Assembly: GCA_900752975.1 (NCBI GenBank)
Contig: CAADXH010000018.1
Coordinates: 46,904 to 110,903 of the forward strand
From: Bacilli bacterium
Lineage (GTDB): Bacteria > Bacillota_I > Bacilli_A > ML615J-28 > CAG-313
DNA: 64,000 nucleotides
Reading direction: 5' to 3'
The position numbers and the translations under genes were made by a program. The notes under the pieces are model-generated. The model was not told where the DNA came from. It worked only from the letters and a program-made list of their open reading frames with translations, and did not search any database. The stretch's first letter is position 1, and every line of letters starts with the position of its first letter. Positions 47,486 to 56,518 of this stretch are shown piece after piece.

Positions 47486-47947
47486 TTACAAAGAGGTCTT
47501 ATTATGTTCAATGACAAAGTTTGTTACTTTGAAATAGACTCTCTTACCAATTATATCATAAATTGCATCTTCATTATAATATAAAGAAAGTTGTTGTAAC
47601 ATTACTGGAGAAATTCTATCACTTACTAAAGTGCAAATATCTTTACTGATTTGAATTTCTTCCTCTTCTTTAATATACCAATCTGCTTTATAGATAAGAT
47701 TCATTAAAGAATATTCCTGGAAACAACTTTCAATAATTGCATCCAATCTTGTTTCAATATCTTTTGTGACATTCAAATGAATATCAATATTATACTTCTT
47801 TAATTCAAGTTCTTTATATTTGTACTTCAGCCATTTATTAATCGTTGAAGTAATTACTGCATTACTCACAATCCCCAGTATTAGAATTAGAAGTATTCCA
47901 AAAATAATAAGGGTTCTTGGATTCAATAGGGTGGATAGTACTTCCAT
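47486..47947 (-). CDS. single-pass membrane protein, a candidate holin or lysis accessory (start at the ATG 47947)
   Basis: N-terminal TM helix LIIFGILLILILGIVSNAVI. GGAGTG lies 9 nt upstream. Confidence 0.45.
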   Translation of the reverse strand: MEVLSTLLNPRTLIIFGILLILILGIVSNAVITSTINKWLKYKYKELELKKYNIDIHLNVTKDIETRLDAIIESCFQEYSLMNLIYKADWYIKEEEEIQISKDICTLVSDRISPVMLQQLSLYYNEDAIYDIIGKRVYFKVTNFVIEHNKTSL

Positions 47948-48605
47948 AGTTTCTTTCACTCCAATTCTGTATTTCGTTTCCTAAAGTTAATAATTCATCA
48001 TCATTAGATTCTTTCTCTCTTTGAGCAAGTCTAATATAATATAATAGTTTTGAACATATTTCTGGTGTAATACCATTATAATATGTCTTAATTAATTCTG
48101 TCCATTTACCAAATACTTGATTTGGATGTACATAGAATAAATCATCATTATGATACAGCTGATGAACCGTTTTACTCATCATAATAATCGGCACTCGATT
48201 CTGTTTATGTTCTTCTCTTAAAGCACCTACAATATGGAAAGTAGAAACATACCCATATGTATTCAAATAGTGTTCACTAATCATTAAAGCAATATCAAAT
48301 ATTGTAAGAATGACATGATTCATTTCAAGTTCAGCCATTTCGGAATTTATATTATGTAGATAAGCACAATGGTCTAATCCTAGTGACATTAGGTTTGCTT
48401 TATAAGCTTTATAGAATCTACTATGTCTAAATTGAGAAATTGCATTATTGATAAATCTGGCATAACTATCAATATCTGCTAAGGTTTCTTTTGTCTGCAT
48501 AAGACTAATCTCATAAACAGAACTTGGGCTTCTAAGCGTAGGATTTCCGTTATTTAAGTAACTAAATATATTAGGAAAGTCTTTCCCATTTAATTCAATA
48601 TCCAT
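47862..48605 (-). CDS. hypothetical protein (247 aa); its 3' end overlaps the next gene by ~86 nt out of frame
   Basis: RBS AGGAGGG. Confidence 0.5.
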   Translation of the reverse strand: MDIELNGKDFPNIFSYLNNGNPTLRSPSSVYEISLMQTKETLADIDSYARFINNAISQFRHSRFYKAYKANLMSLGLDHCAYLHNINSEMAELEMNHVILTIFDIALMISEHYLNTYGYVSTFHIVGALREEHKQNRVPIIMMSKTVHQLYHNDDLFYVHPNQVFGKWTELIKTYYNGITPEICSKLLYYIRLAQREKESNDDELLTLGNEIQNWSERNYGSTIHPIESKNPYYFWNTSNSNTGDCE

Positions 48606-48684
48606 ATATAACCCTCCTTATTTAACTTTTACTAAATAGTTGCTGGTATTAAAGAATATGGGAAATGTAAATTTGGTAAAATGA

Positions 48685-48718
48685 GAAGAACGGACTTTAC
48701 ATCCGTTCTTCTTTTTTT
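48685..48718. terminator. hairpin terminator downstream of the endolysin
   Basis: gaagaacgga/tccgttcttc stem followed by TTTTTTT. Confidence 0.6.
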
Positions 48719-48724
48719 GTTTAT

Positions 48725-50395
48725 TTACTTAATATCAGAAACTTTTACCCATCCAGTAACATAATTACCAATTGGTGTTCTACCTACATTACTAGCAGAG
48801 TTTGTAATACGAATTTTACCATTTAATACTTCATTACTATAGATATAATAAGTACCAGATTTCTTGGAAGAATAATTAGATGTAGAAGCAGAAGCATATA
48901 ATGCCACGCTTCTCAATGTAATTCTATCACCAGCTTTTGGAGTTCCGGAAGAAGAGGACACAGTTGTTGTACCCTTTACCAAAGAAACATCAATCCACCC
49001 AGTAACATAATTACCGATTGGTGTTCTACCTACATTACTAATAGAATTTGTAATACGGATACGATTGCTAACTACTTCTGTACTATATACATAGAATGTA
49101 CCAGATTTTCTTATACCAGACTTTGCAGAAGCAGAAGCATATAGTGTAGCACCAGATAGAGTTACTTTTGCACCAGCTTTAATTGTTACAGGAGTAGATG
49201 GGGTTGTCGGCTTAGCTGGAGTTGTTGGGACAGCTTTATTTTTATATACATCATCTTTTGTTAGTCCATAATATTGATAGAAGTTAGATGTAACTGTGTT
49301 ATTGCTTACACATTCATCACCCTTCCAGATATTACTTGTTCTGCAATCTAGATGAATAGATGTATATGAAGATGTGATATTAGCAATACCACCAACACCC
49401 AAATCCTGTGCAGCACAAGAAACAAGCTTTGTAGAAATTGCCTTTTTATGTTTATCATATAATACAACATCTGCTGCATTACCAATACCATGCTGACCAA
49501 CGAATCCACCGATCTTCTTATCGTAATCTGGACAACGATATCCACTATTTACAATAATCATAGAGCATTCGAAAGTTTCAAATAGCTTTTCAAGAATATA
49601 TACAAGGTATAGGTTAATCTTAATTTCATGTGATTTACCACACTTACACTTAAATTCTTGAACATTGAAATGTTTGGAGATTTGTGTTCTATCACTTACA
49701 TTAAATGAAGTAACCTTATTCTCTGGTGCTTTATCTGTAGTAACAAGATAACCTGTTGGAGTTACCGGTTTAGATTCATTAACAGAACCGGTAAGATTAT
49801 TCAATCCAAGGGCTTTAATCTTTTCTGGATAATTATCTACATAGCAGTAATCAAGATCTACATTACCAGAAATACCAGCTACTCTACCAGTGGAAGAATA
49901 TTGCCACATTGTTTTTTGTGTCCATGGTGTAGAGCTAGCATAATGTGCTACTGCAATATCATACTTGCTATATACACTTGATGGAACATAGCTTTTTAGG
50001 AAAGAATAGTAGGAATAAATACCTGGATAATATCCAGCTGCTCTAATTGTATCACAGAACGCAGGGATGATGGCAGAGGCTACAGCAGTATTTGTTTGAG
50101 TAGAGTGTTCAATATCAAATAGAATTGGGTATTCAAACTTCTTACCTTTCAAACATTCAATACAAGCTTTTGCTTCTTGAATTGCTTCATCTTTTGTGGT
50201 TGCATAAGAGAACCAATAAGCACCCTTTGGAATATTATACTTTTCACAAGCAGCATAATATTCTTCAAATCTATCATCCTTCTGAGATACATGACGTCCA
50301 TAACCTGCTCTTAAAATAGCGAAATCAATTTCATCTTTTGTTTTAGACCAATCAATTGAACCTTGCCATACAGATACATCAATACCTTTAAGCAT
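48725..50395 (-). CDS. multidomain endolysin: GH25 muramidase + M15-family peptidase + 2 x SH3b-like wall-binding repeats
   Basis: GIDVSVWQGSIDW (GH25). SGYRCPDYDKKIGG...HGIGNAADV...HLD (M15/VanY-like). Two ~45-aa C-terminal repeats of the form GT(F/Y)Y(V/I)YS.EV...IRITNS.SNVGRTPIGNYVTGW. Confidence 0.85.
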   Translation of the reverse strand: MLKGIDVSVWQGSIDWSKTKDEIDFAILRAGYGRHVSQKDDRFEEYYAACEKYNIPKGAYWFSYATTKDEAIQEAKACIECLKGKKFEYPILFDIEHSTQTNTAVASAIIPAFCDTIRAAGYYPGIYSYYSFLKSYVPSSVYSKYDIAVAHYASSTPWTQKTMWQYSSTGRVAGISGNVDLDYCYVDNYPEKIKALGLNNLTGSVNESKPVTPTGYLVTTDKAPENKVTSFNVSDRTQISKHFNVQEFKCKCGKSHEIKINLYLVYILEKLFETFECSMIIVNSGYRCPDYDKKIGGFVGQHGIGNAADVVLYDKHKKAISTKLVSCAAQDLGVGGIANITSSYTSIHLDCRTSNIWKGDECVSNNTVTSNFYQYYGLTKDDVYKNKAVPTTPAKPTTPSTPVTIKAGAKVTLSGATLYASASAKSGIRKSGTFYVYSTEVVSNRIRITNSISNVGRTPIGNYVTGWIDVSLVKGTTTVSSSSGTPKAGDRITLRSVALYASASTSNYSSKKSGTYYIYSNEVLNGKIRITNSASNVGRTPIGNYVTGWVKVSDIK

Positions 50396-50413
50396 AATAA
50401 ATACCTCCTTTAA

Positions 50414-53400
50414 TTACTTAGATTCTAGAGCAGTTAGTCTAGTTTCTAAGTCTTTAATTTTTTGTTGTAATGCTTTAATTGTAGATTTCTCATCAGTATC
50501 AGTAGCATTTTCTCTGTCAAAATATTCTTTTGTACAAACCAAACCATCTTTCGATACAAACATTCTCTTTGCTTGAATTACAGAAGCATTTACATCTTCT
50601 GTCCATATCGATTCATCAAGACTACCATTTTTATTCAATCTAGAATAACCGTTGGATAATGTAAAAACAATAACACCCCTATTATCAATTTGACGGTAGT
50701 CATTATCATCAAATCCTTTTACATAGTTATAATCATATACATTAGTATCTGAATTGAATGTAGCAATATCGGTGGTTGGATTAGCATTCTTAGTAATTGT
50801 AATTGTATCATTAACATTTTGTCCAGATTTAATGAACGACTGATTAATCGATTTCTTCATATTAATCAAAGCATCACTTAGAATATCTATAGTCTTATTA
50901 TTAGACAATGCTAATAACAGATTATTCCAATTCAATGTATTACATTCAATTGTACCAAGGATACCATTAATATTTAGCAATACATTATCTTGGTCATTCA
51001 AAGAAATGTTCAAAACAGATTTATTACCAGCTTGTTCTTTTGAAGCGTAAATTTTATCTACAGAGATATAATCATTAGTGACATCTTTTTGTCCAGTTCC
51101 TTGAATATATACTTGGTTAAAACCAAATCGATTGTTATTATCAATCTTACAAATAATAATATTGCTTGCTTTTGCAGTTACTTTATTTCCGCTGGAATCC
51201 ACCATGTATCTTTCACCATCATCAAAGAACTTAACATCGGTTACAGAATTGAACGTGCTTTTATCATATATTGCAATATTTGTATCACTCACACTATCAA
51301 TCTTTTGATCAGCCATCGGAACAGCTAAATCATAAAGACTCATATATCTAAAGAAATCATAGATTGTTTTATTTTTATAATATTCTTCTCTAATACCTTT
51401 ACCATTGATATATTTTAGCTGAATATCATTCAATAAAGGCTTTACTGTGTTAGAAATATTACTATCTGTATCATAAGTATACTTTGTTATATATACATTA
51501 GAAATGAAATCTTTATAAGTATCTATATTATATACGTATTGATTATTAGAATTTTTAGTTTTAGATAACCTTGGTGCAGGACCGTCTGTATATGTAAATG
51601 TATTCTCTGGGATAAAATCTGATAATTTAAAGCTGATTGGATTATTATTACTATCTACACCAGATGTTGAGTTTTTAAGATATCTATGAAATCTATAATC
51701 TAATGTTGTTGTTAATGATAATGTGGTTACATGCTCATATTCATTCTCATTTTTCATATATTTCTTATCAACGAAACAAGGAACTAAAAGGCCTTGAGCT
51801 TGAGGCAGTTTAACCTTATTATTCATAATACCAGAACCGTATAAGAAATAAGTTTCAATAACTGTTGCTATTCTTACTTTAGGATCTTCATCAAAGTTTT
51901 GACTTAAAATTAAGTTATTATATGTATCTCCTTTAGCCGCACAATATGCTTTATCATATGAACTTAATTTAGATAAACCACCAGGGGTATTAATAATCAT
52001 AATTGGATCTAAGAAATAATCATAAGTTCCAAAATGATTATTGATATCAGTAATTGTATTCCAATTATAATCATATGAAACACTGTTAATAAGCAATTTA
52101 AATCTATACCATATTCCAGGAGTTTTTTCATAATATAGATATGTAGTTTTATTAAAAGCTAGAGCGTTCTTTAATGCAGTTACTGTTGTAGGGACTAAGG
52201 AATTATCTTCCTTACTAAATACCCACGTTTTATAGTTATTAAAACTACCGCTATTAACATACTCATTATCTTTTATTTCATATATATTTAGTACATCATT
52301 GTCAAAATATAAATATTTTGGCATAGTGTTCATAAGATGTTTTCTAGCATGAAACATTTTTGCTTTCATTAATATTTTAGTAGTGGATACATCTGAATGT
52401 AATACTTTATCAGAATTATATGATGTATCAATCGCCCTTACTAAACCTCTTGAAAGAAAATGGCAAATAAATAAATCGTAAGTTTTTGATTTTGAATTTC
52501 TAACAGATAAAAATGAACTATTAGAGTTGTTACTATTCGGAAGAAAGTCTTTTGACACTTTAAATTTAAAGTTTTTAGGAGTTTTTGAAATTAAATCATA
52601 ATTAGAATAAACGAATCTTGTTTGATTATTGATTTGAATAACATCATAATCTAGATTATTATCAGGACTGTTTATATCACTTACAGAATAATTTGTTAGT
52701 TTATATGATAATGCATATAATTCCTCTGTATCAATATCTGAATAATCAGTATCACTTCCACAAGTATTTGTTTTATAAGTATAACTTTTTAAATCAACAA
52801 AATTATCAAGAAGATCTTTACAATAATCAACTAATGACGATTTGCTATTAGTATTATCAATATACATCATTAATTGTTCATCACACATCATTGATGTAGC
52901 AACAGGAGAAGATGCAGGATCATATAAGAATTGTTCATTTGTTTTAGTAAAATAAACCATTTCATCGGTTTCATTAATTGTACTAGTTAATGTTCTGCAT
53001 ATATAATTTTCATACCGATCATCTTTATTTGAAAAAAAGTTTATTATTTTTTTAACTTTCTTGCCTTCTGGACTAAAATTAATAATATCTTGTGCTAAAT
53101 CTGCTCCAGATGGCATTGTCATATAATATTTATCACTACTATACGGACTTACTCGCATTATTTCAAATGCACTCCATAAGTCACTATGTGCTAATTTATA
53201 TGAAAACATGTCATATGAATCTTGATAATTAAAGCAATTTTCATTTGGTGTTATTAAAAATCTTAAAGCCGATGGTTGTGACTTTACATTGAAACTAAAT
53301 GTCCAAGCAGTATCACCATCTACAAAATTTCCCGTCCACCAGTTACCAATGATAGTGGAAGAAAGTCCAAGCCCACCAGCAGTTAACATGTTTAATTCCA

Positions 53401-54484
53401 TGTCAAATCCGTTACATTTATTTTTATTTCCATCAATGATTTCTAGTTCAGAGAAACGGTAAGTATCTAATGGAATTGGAATGATTGTGATTGAAGTTTT
53501 TGGTAAGTTCGTAGAATATCCATCGTTTTCAATTTCTCTAGAACCAATTAAATCTCTGAAAAAATAAATGTATTCGTTTTCTTTCTTTTGGTTAAAGATA
53601 TTTGAAATAAAACTAGTGGAATAAGCCAATACATCACTTTTAATTTCACCAGTACTACTATTATAAGTAATGAATGGTAATGCTTTTAATTCACTAGCGG
53701 TATAACAACAATCCTTAATAAATTTCTCATTGACGGTACCAGAGAATTGTACAAAGTTTCTACAACTTCTTACAATTTCAAAGTCGTTTTGGTAAGTTGA
53801 TGTAATAAAAGGAAACATCAATGGATAACAAGAAGCATTAAATGCGTTGATATTAGTTACATCTACATTTGATACCGGTACTGCGTAATAACCACCATCG
53901 TCATCTTTAGTAGGAATCTGATATACAACATTGTCATCACTATTTCTAATAAAGGAATAATAACCGTCTTGAGAATCAAATGTAATTGCTTCATTATAGA
54001 TATCTTCATTGATATTCTTTGTTTTATTGTTATTGAATTGAACAGATGATTCTCCTGCAACATCAAACAATTTGAATTGGCATTTCTCACCGACATCTTC
54101 ATTGCCAGTGATAAACTTTTCAAAGTTTGTTTGACTACAGAGATAGATTTTATATTCATCAAAATCAATAATAGCGACTACATAGTCACCTTGCTTATAA
54201 ACATCTTGTTCAGAAGCATAAGACTTCTCTTCTCCGATGCTATTCTTGATAACTCTACCAGCAAAGTCAAAGATATTATCACTTGTAACAGTGAGAATAC
54301 TTTCACCATCTGTATTAAGAATTACCCAATCTGACGAAGACCATACAGCACTTGCAGTGAAGATTTTTAATACTTTGCCAGCAAGTCGCACAGGATAACT
54401 CGTATCCATAGTAAGGGTATTTTTACCTTCATCTACATTATGATGTAAATCCATACGTCTATTTAAGAAATCTGTAGGCATCAC
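50414..54484 (-). CDS. giant tail-fibre-like protein (1356 aa) with a C-terminal coiled coil
   Basis: C-terminal heptad tract STIKALQQKIKDLETRLTALESK. RBS AAGGAGG. Confidence 0.6.
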   Translation of the reverse strand: MMPTDFLNRRMDLHHNVDEGKNTLTMDTSYPVRLAGKVLKIFTASAVWSSSDWVILNTDGESILTVTSDNIFDFAGRVIKNSIGEEKSYASEQDVYKQGDYVVAIIDFDEYKIYLCSQTNFEKFITGNEDVGEKCQFKLFDVAGESSVQFNNNKTKNINEDIYNEAITFDSQDGYYSFIRNSDDNVVYQIPTKDDDGGYYAVPVSNVDVTNINAFNASCYPLMFPFITSTYQNDFEIVRSCRNFVQFSGTVNEKFIKDCCYTASELKALPFITYNSSTGEIKSDVLAYSTSFISNIFNQKKENEYIYFFRDLIGSREIENDGYSTNLPKTSITIIPIPLDTYRFSELEIIDGNKNKCNGFDMELNMLTAGGLGLSSTIIGNWWTGNFVDGDTAWTFSFNVKSQPSALRFLITPNENCFNYQDSYDMFSYKLAHSDLWSAFEIMRVSPYSSDKYYMTMPSGADLAQDIINFSPEGKKVKKIINFFSNKDDRYENYICRTLTSTINETDEMVYFTKTNEQFLYDPASSPVATSMMCDEQLMMYIDNTNSKSSLVDYCKDLLDNFVDLKSYTYKTNTCGSDTDYSDIDTEELYALSYKLTNYSVSDINSPDNNLDYDVIQINNQTRFVYSNYDLISKTPKNFKFKVSKDFLPNSNNSNSSFLSVRNSKSKTYDLFICHFLSRGLVRAIDTSYNSDKVLHSDVSTTKILMKAKMFHARKHLMNTMPKYLYFDNDVLNIYEIKDNEYVNSGSFNNYKTWVFSKEDNSLVPTTVTALKNALAFNKTTYLYYEKTPGIWYRFKLLINSVSYDYNWNTITDINNHFGTYDYFLDPIMIINTPGGLSKLSSYDKAYCAAKGDTYNNLILSQNFDEDPKVRIATVIETYFLYGSGIMNNKVKLPQAQGLLVPCFVDKKYMKNENEYEHVTTLSLTTTLDYRFHRYLKNSTSGVDSNNNPISFKLSDFIPENTFTYTDGPAPRLSKTKNSNNQYVYNIDTYKDFISNVYITKYTYDTDSNISNTVKPLLNDIQLKYINGKGIREEYYKNKTIYDFFRYMSLYDLAVPMADQKIDSVSDTNIAIYDKSTFNSVTDVKFFDDGERYMVDSSGNKVTAKASNIIICKIDNNNRFGFNQVYIQGTGQKDVTNDYISVDKIYASKEQAGNKSVLNISLNDQDNVLLNINGILGTIECNTLNWNNLLLALSNNKTIDILSDALINMKKSINQSFIKSGQNVNDTITITKNANPTTDIATFNSDTNVYDYNYVKGFDDNDYRQIDNRGVIVFTLSNGYSRLNKNGSLDESIWTEDVNASVIQAKRMFVSKDGLVCTKEYFDRENATDTDEKSTIKALQQKIKDLETRLTALESK

Positions 54485-54526
54485 AAATCCTCCTTTTCTT
54501 GATTTTATAATAAAGTTCTTCTATTA

Positions 54527-54565
54527 AGACAAAAAAGAAAAGCGTACCCTCAAAGAGAGTACGCC
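54527..54565 (-). terminator. hairpin terminator
   Basis: gcgtaccctc/gagagtacgc stem followed on the minus strand by a T-run. Confidence 0.5.
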
Positions 54566-54570
54566 AGTTC

Positions 54571-55338
54571 TTATTTTTTATATTGAATATCCATCAGTAT
54601 TGAGAATAGTTCTCTGTTAAACATCTGATTGTTCTCAATAGATACAACGCCTTTATAAGCTTCATCTAAGAAGCTCATTCCAAAGTTTCCAATTCGAAAC
54701 ATTGATTCAGCATTAAACTCTCTATAATAATCTAATTCCAATTCACGATTATCATACTTCTGAATAAAACTCATTAATTCTTGAATTGCCATGTCGACGT
54801 TATTCTTAATGACAAGTTTTAATATATAAGCTATGAAAGAAACATAAGCTTCATGATACTGCAACTTCCCATCACTAATACCCTTAATATCCATAACACC
54901 TTCATCGAATTCATTTAATCCATAGTATATTTCTATACCACGACAATATATATAAATATCATATTGATTTCTAAGGGTGAAATCAATATGACCGAATGTT
55001 GTTTTATCAAGCCTTCTCAAAGTATAAAAGGCATCTTTCTTGATTGATACAATATCATCTTCTGTCAAATGATTTGCATCGATCAATTTTTTTCTGGCAA
55101 TTTTAAATCCTTCTTTTAAAGCCTCTCCAATAAGAGGAGTTTTCTGCATATATCCAAGGGTTACTTCTCTTTGATATTTAGTCATTTGACTAAACATATC
55201 ATATTCTCTTTGTTTAATGATACCAGATTGAAGTAATATGGATATGTTTGCTTTAGCAATATCATATTCATATATTTCATTTATGATAAATCTAACCTTC
55301 TTTGTATATAAAGTTCTTTTGTATAACTGCGTATCCAT
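54571..55338 (-). CDS. hypothetical protein (255 aa)
   Basis: RBS AAGGA. Confidence 0.5.
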   Translation of the reverse strand: MDTQLYKRTLYTKKVRFIINEIYEYDIAKANISILLQSGIIKQREYDMFSQMTKYQREVTLGYMQKTPLIGEALKEGFKIARKKLIDANHLTEDDIVSIKKDAFYTLRRLDKTTFGHIDFTLRNQYDIYIYCRGIEIYYGLNEFDEGVMDIKGISDGKLQYHEAYVSFIAYILKLVIKNNVDMAIQELMSFIQKYDNRELELDYYREFNAESMFRIGNFGMSFLDEAYKGVVSIENNQMFNRELFSILMDIQYKK

Positions 55339-55358
55339 ATTACACGTCCTTTACTTGC

Positions 55359-55859
55359 TTACATTTCCGTAGAAGGAAGTTCTCTTGTTCCGAAATATTT
55401 AATATAAGTTTCCATATTACGATCGAACTGTTGAATACCTTCTATTGAAAACGTACCTTCTTTTAAATCCTGAATATCATCAATTTTTCTAACGACATTG
55501 CAGACATATCCATAATTATCTACAATGAATTTAATCAAAGCTTCGATGATATTCTCAGCAATACCATTAATGTCATTGTCCCACCCCCAACTACACATGA
55601 TATATACAGTTTCTCCATTATATGCATGTCTAAGAATATCCATTAATTCTTTGAATGCTTCCGGAGTTGTCGTTAAATACTGAACATACCATTTATCAAA
55701 TTCTTCTTCAGAAGTAAATGAGAAATGAGCAAGAGAATACGGATTCAAATAAACTAATTTTGGAACAGACTCAATTAATTCATTGAGATTATACATTTTA
55801 TCAATTACTCTATAAGCTGATACATATTTGTATAAATTTCCAACTCCAAAGATAATCAT
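55359..55859 (-). CDS. hypothetical protein (166 aa)
   Basis: RBS AAGGAGGG. Confidence 0.5.
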   Translation of the reverse strand: MIIFGVGNLYKYVSAYRVIDKMYNLNELIESVPKLVYLNPYSLAHFSFTSEEEFDKWYVQYLTTTPEAFKELMDILRHAYNGETVYIMCSWGWDNDINGIAENIIEALIKFIVDNYGYVCNVVRKIDDIQDLKEGTFSIEGIQQFDRNMETYIKYFGTRELPSTEM

Positions 55860-55871
55860 ATGAATCCCTCC

Positions 55872-56438
55872 TTAAAACTCTATAAACAAAGACTCAGGTT
55901 TATTTGAGAGTTTGTACTGTCGAATCTCATCATTTATTCTTGGAAGATAGTACTTGTTCACAGATGAAACCATAATGATATTTGAATTTGACACTACATA
56001 TGCATTATAAGGTAATATACTAATTCCATATCTTGAATGAAGATATGTCGCTAATGCAGATGCAATGATATTCGTGAATTGAGGATCTTCGCTATCAAAA
56101 TAGAAGATATAGTCAAATCCTCTTTCAATCAACCCTGCAAGTAATACAACAAGATACTCATGAATCTGTGGGTCAGATTCAAGCTTTCTGTAATACTGAG
56201 TTTGGAATCCTTCGTAATCTCCTTCGATTAAAGAGAACATTGCTTTTGAGTCTGGTAATAAAATTGAACCAACAATATAGCTATCTCCGTAGCTATCAGT
56301 ATCATTGATTACAACAATCTTTGTTTTGTTGAAATCAGTTTTACCAGTTTGTGCAAGCTGAGATCTGTATTGATTTCTAATATCAATTAGACTCATCAAT
56401 TCTTGATAGGTTAACGCAATAGAAATATTTCCAATCAT
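55872..56438 (-). CDS. hypothetical protein (188 aa)
   Basis: RBS AGGAGG. Confidence 0.5.
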   Translation of the reverse strand: MIGNISIALTYQELMSLIDIRNQYRSQLAQTGKTDFNKTKIVVINDTDSYGDSYIVGSILLPDSKAMFSLIEGDYEGFQTQYYRKLESDPQIHEYLVVLLAGLIERGFDYIFYFDSEDPQFTNIIASALATYLHSRYGISILPYNAYVVSNSNIIMVSSVNKYYLPRINDEIRQYKLSNKPESLFIEF

Positions 56439-56469
56439 GGTATTTTCCTCCTATAAATTATTTATAAGT

Positions 56470-56507
56470 AAGTTGAGGTTGCTTTAATATGCTACCTCAA
56501 CTTACCC
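56470..56507 (-). terminator. hairpin terminator (gtaagttgaggt.../...acctcaacttac)
   Basis: A 12-bp stem read directly. Confidence 0.55.
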
Positions 56508-56518
56508 ATTATGATTGA

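Noticed and set aside
44507-47537. Several 60-91-aa ORFs on either strand inside the 1590-aa gene
   Set aside because: They are nested within a long continuous ORF that has strong coding periodicity on the minus strand. No RBS.
48725-49260. Direct DNA repeat inside the endolysin gene, considered as a possible repeat or CRISPR-like array
   Set aside because: It is the two SH3b-like cell-wall-binding modules of the endolysin, i.e. a protein-domain duplication. There are only two copies and no spacer-repeat architecture.
55359-56438. Possible paralogy between the 166-aa and 188-aa neighbouring proteins
   Set aside because: The similarity is limited to a short Y-I-F/M...D-N/P-D...A-L segment. 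It is too weak to call without an alignment tool.
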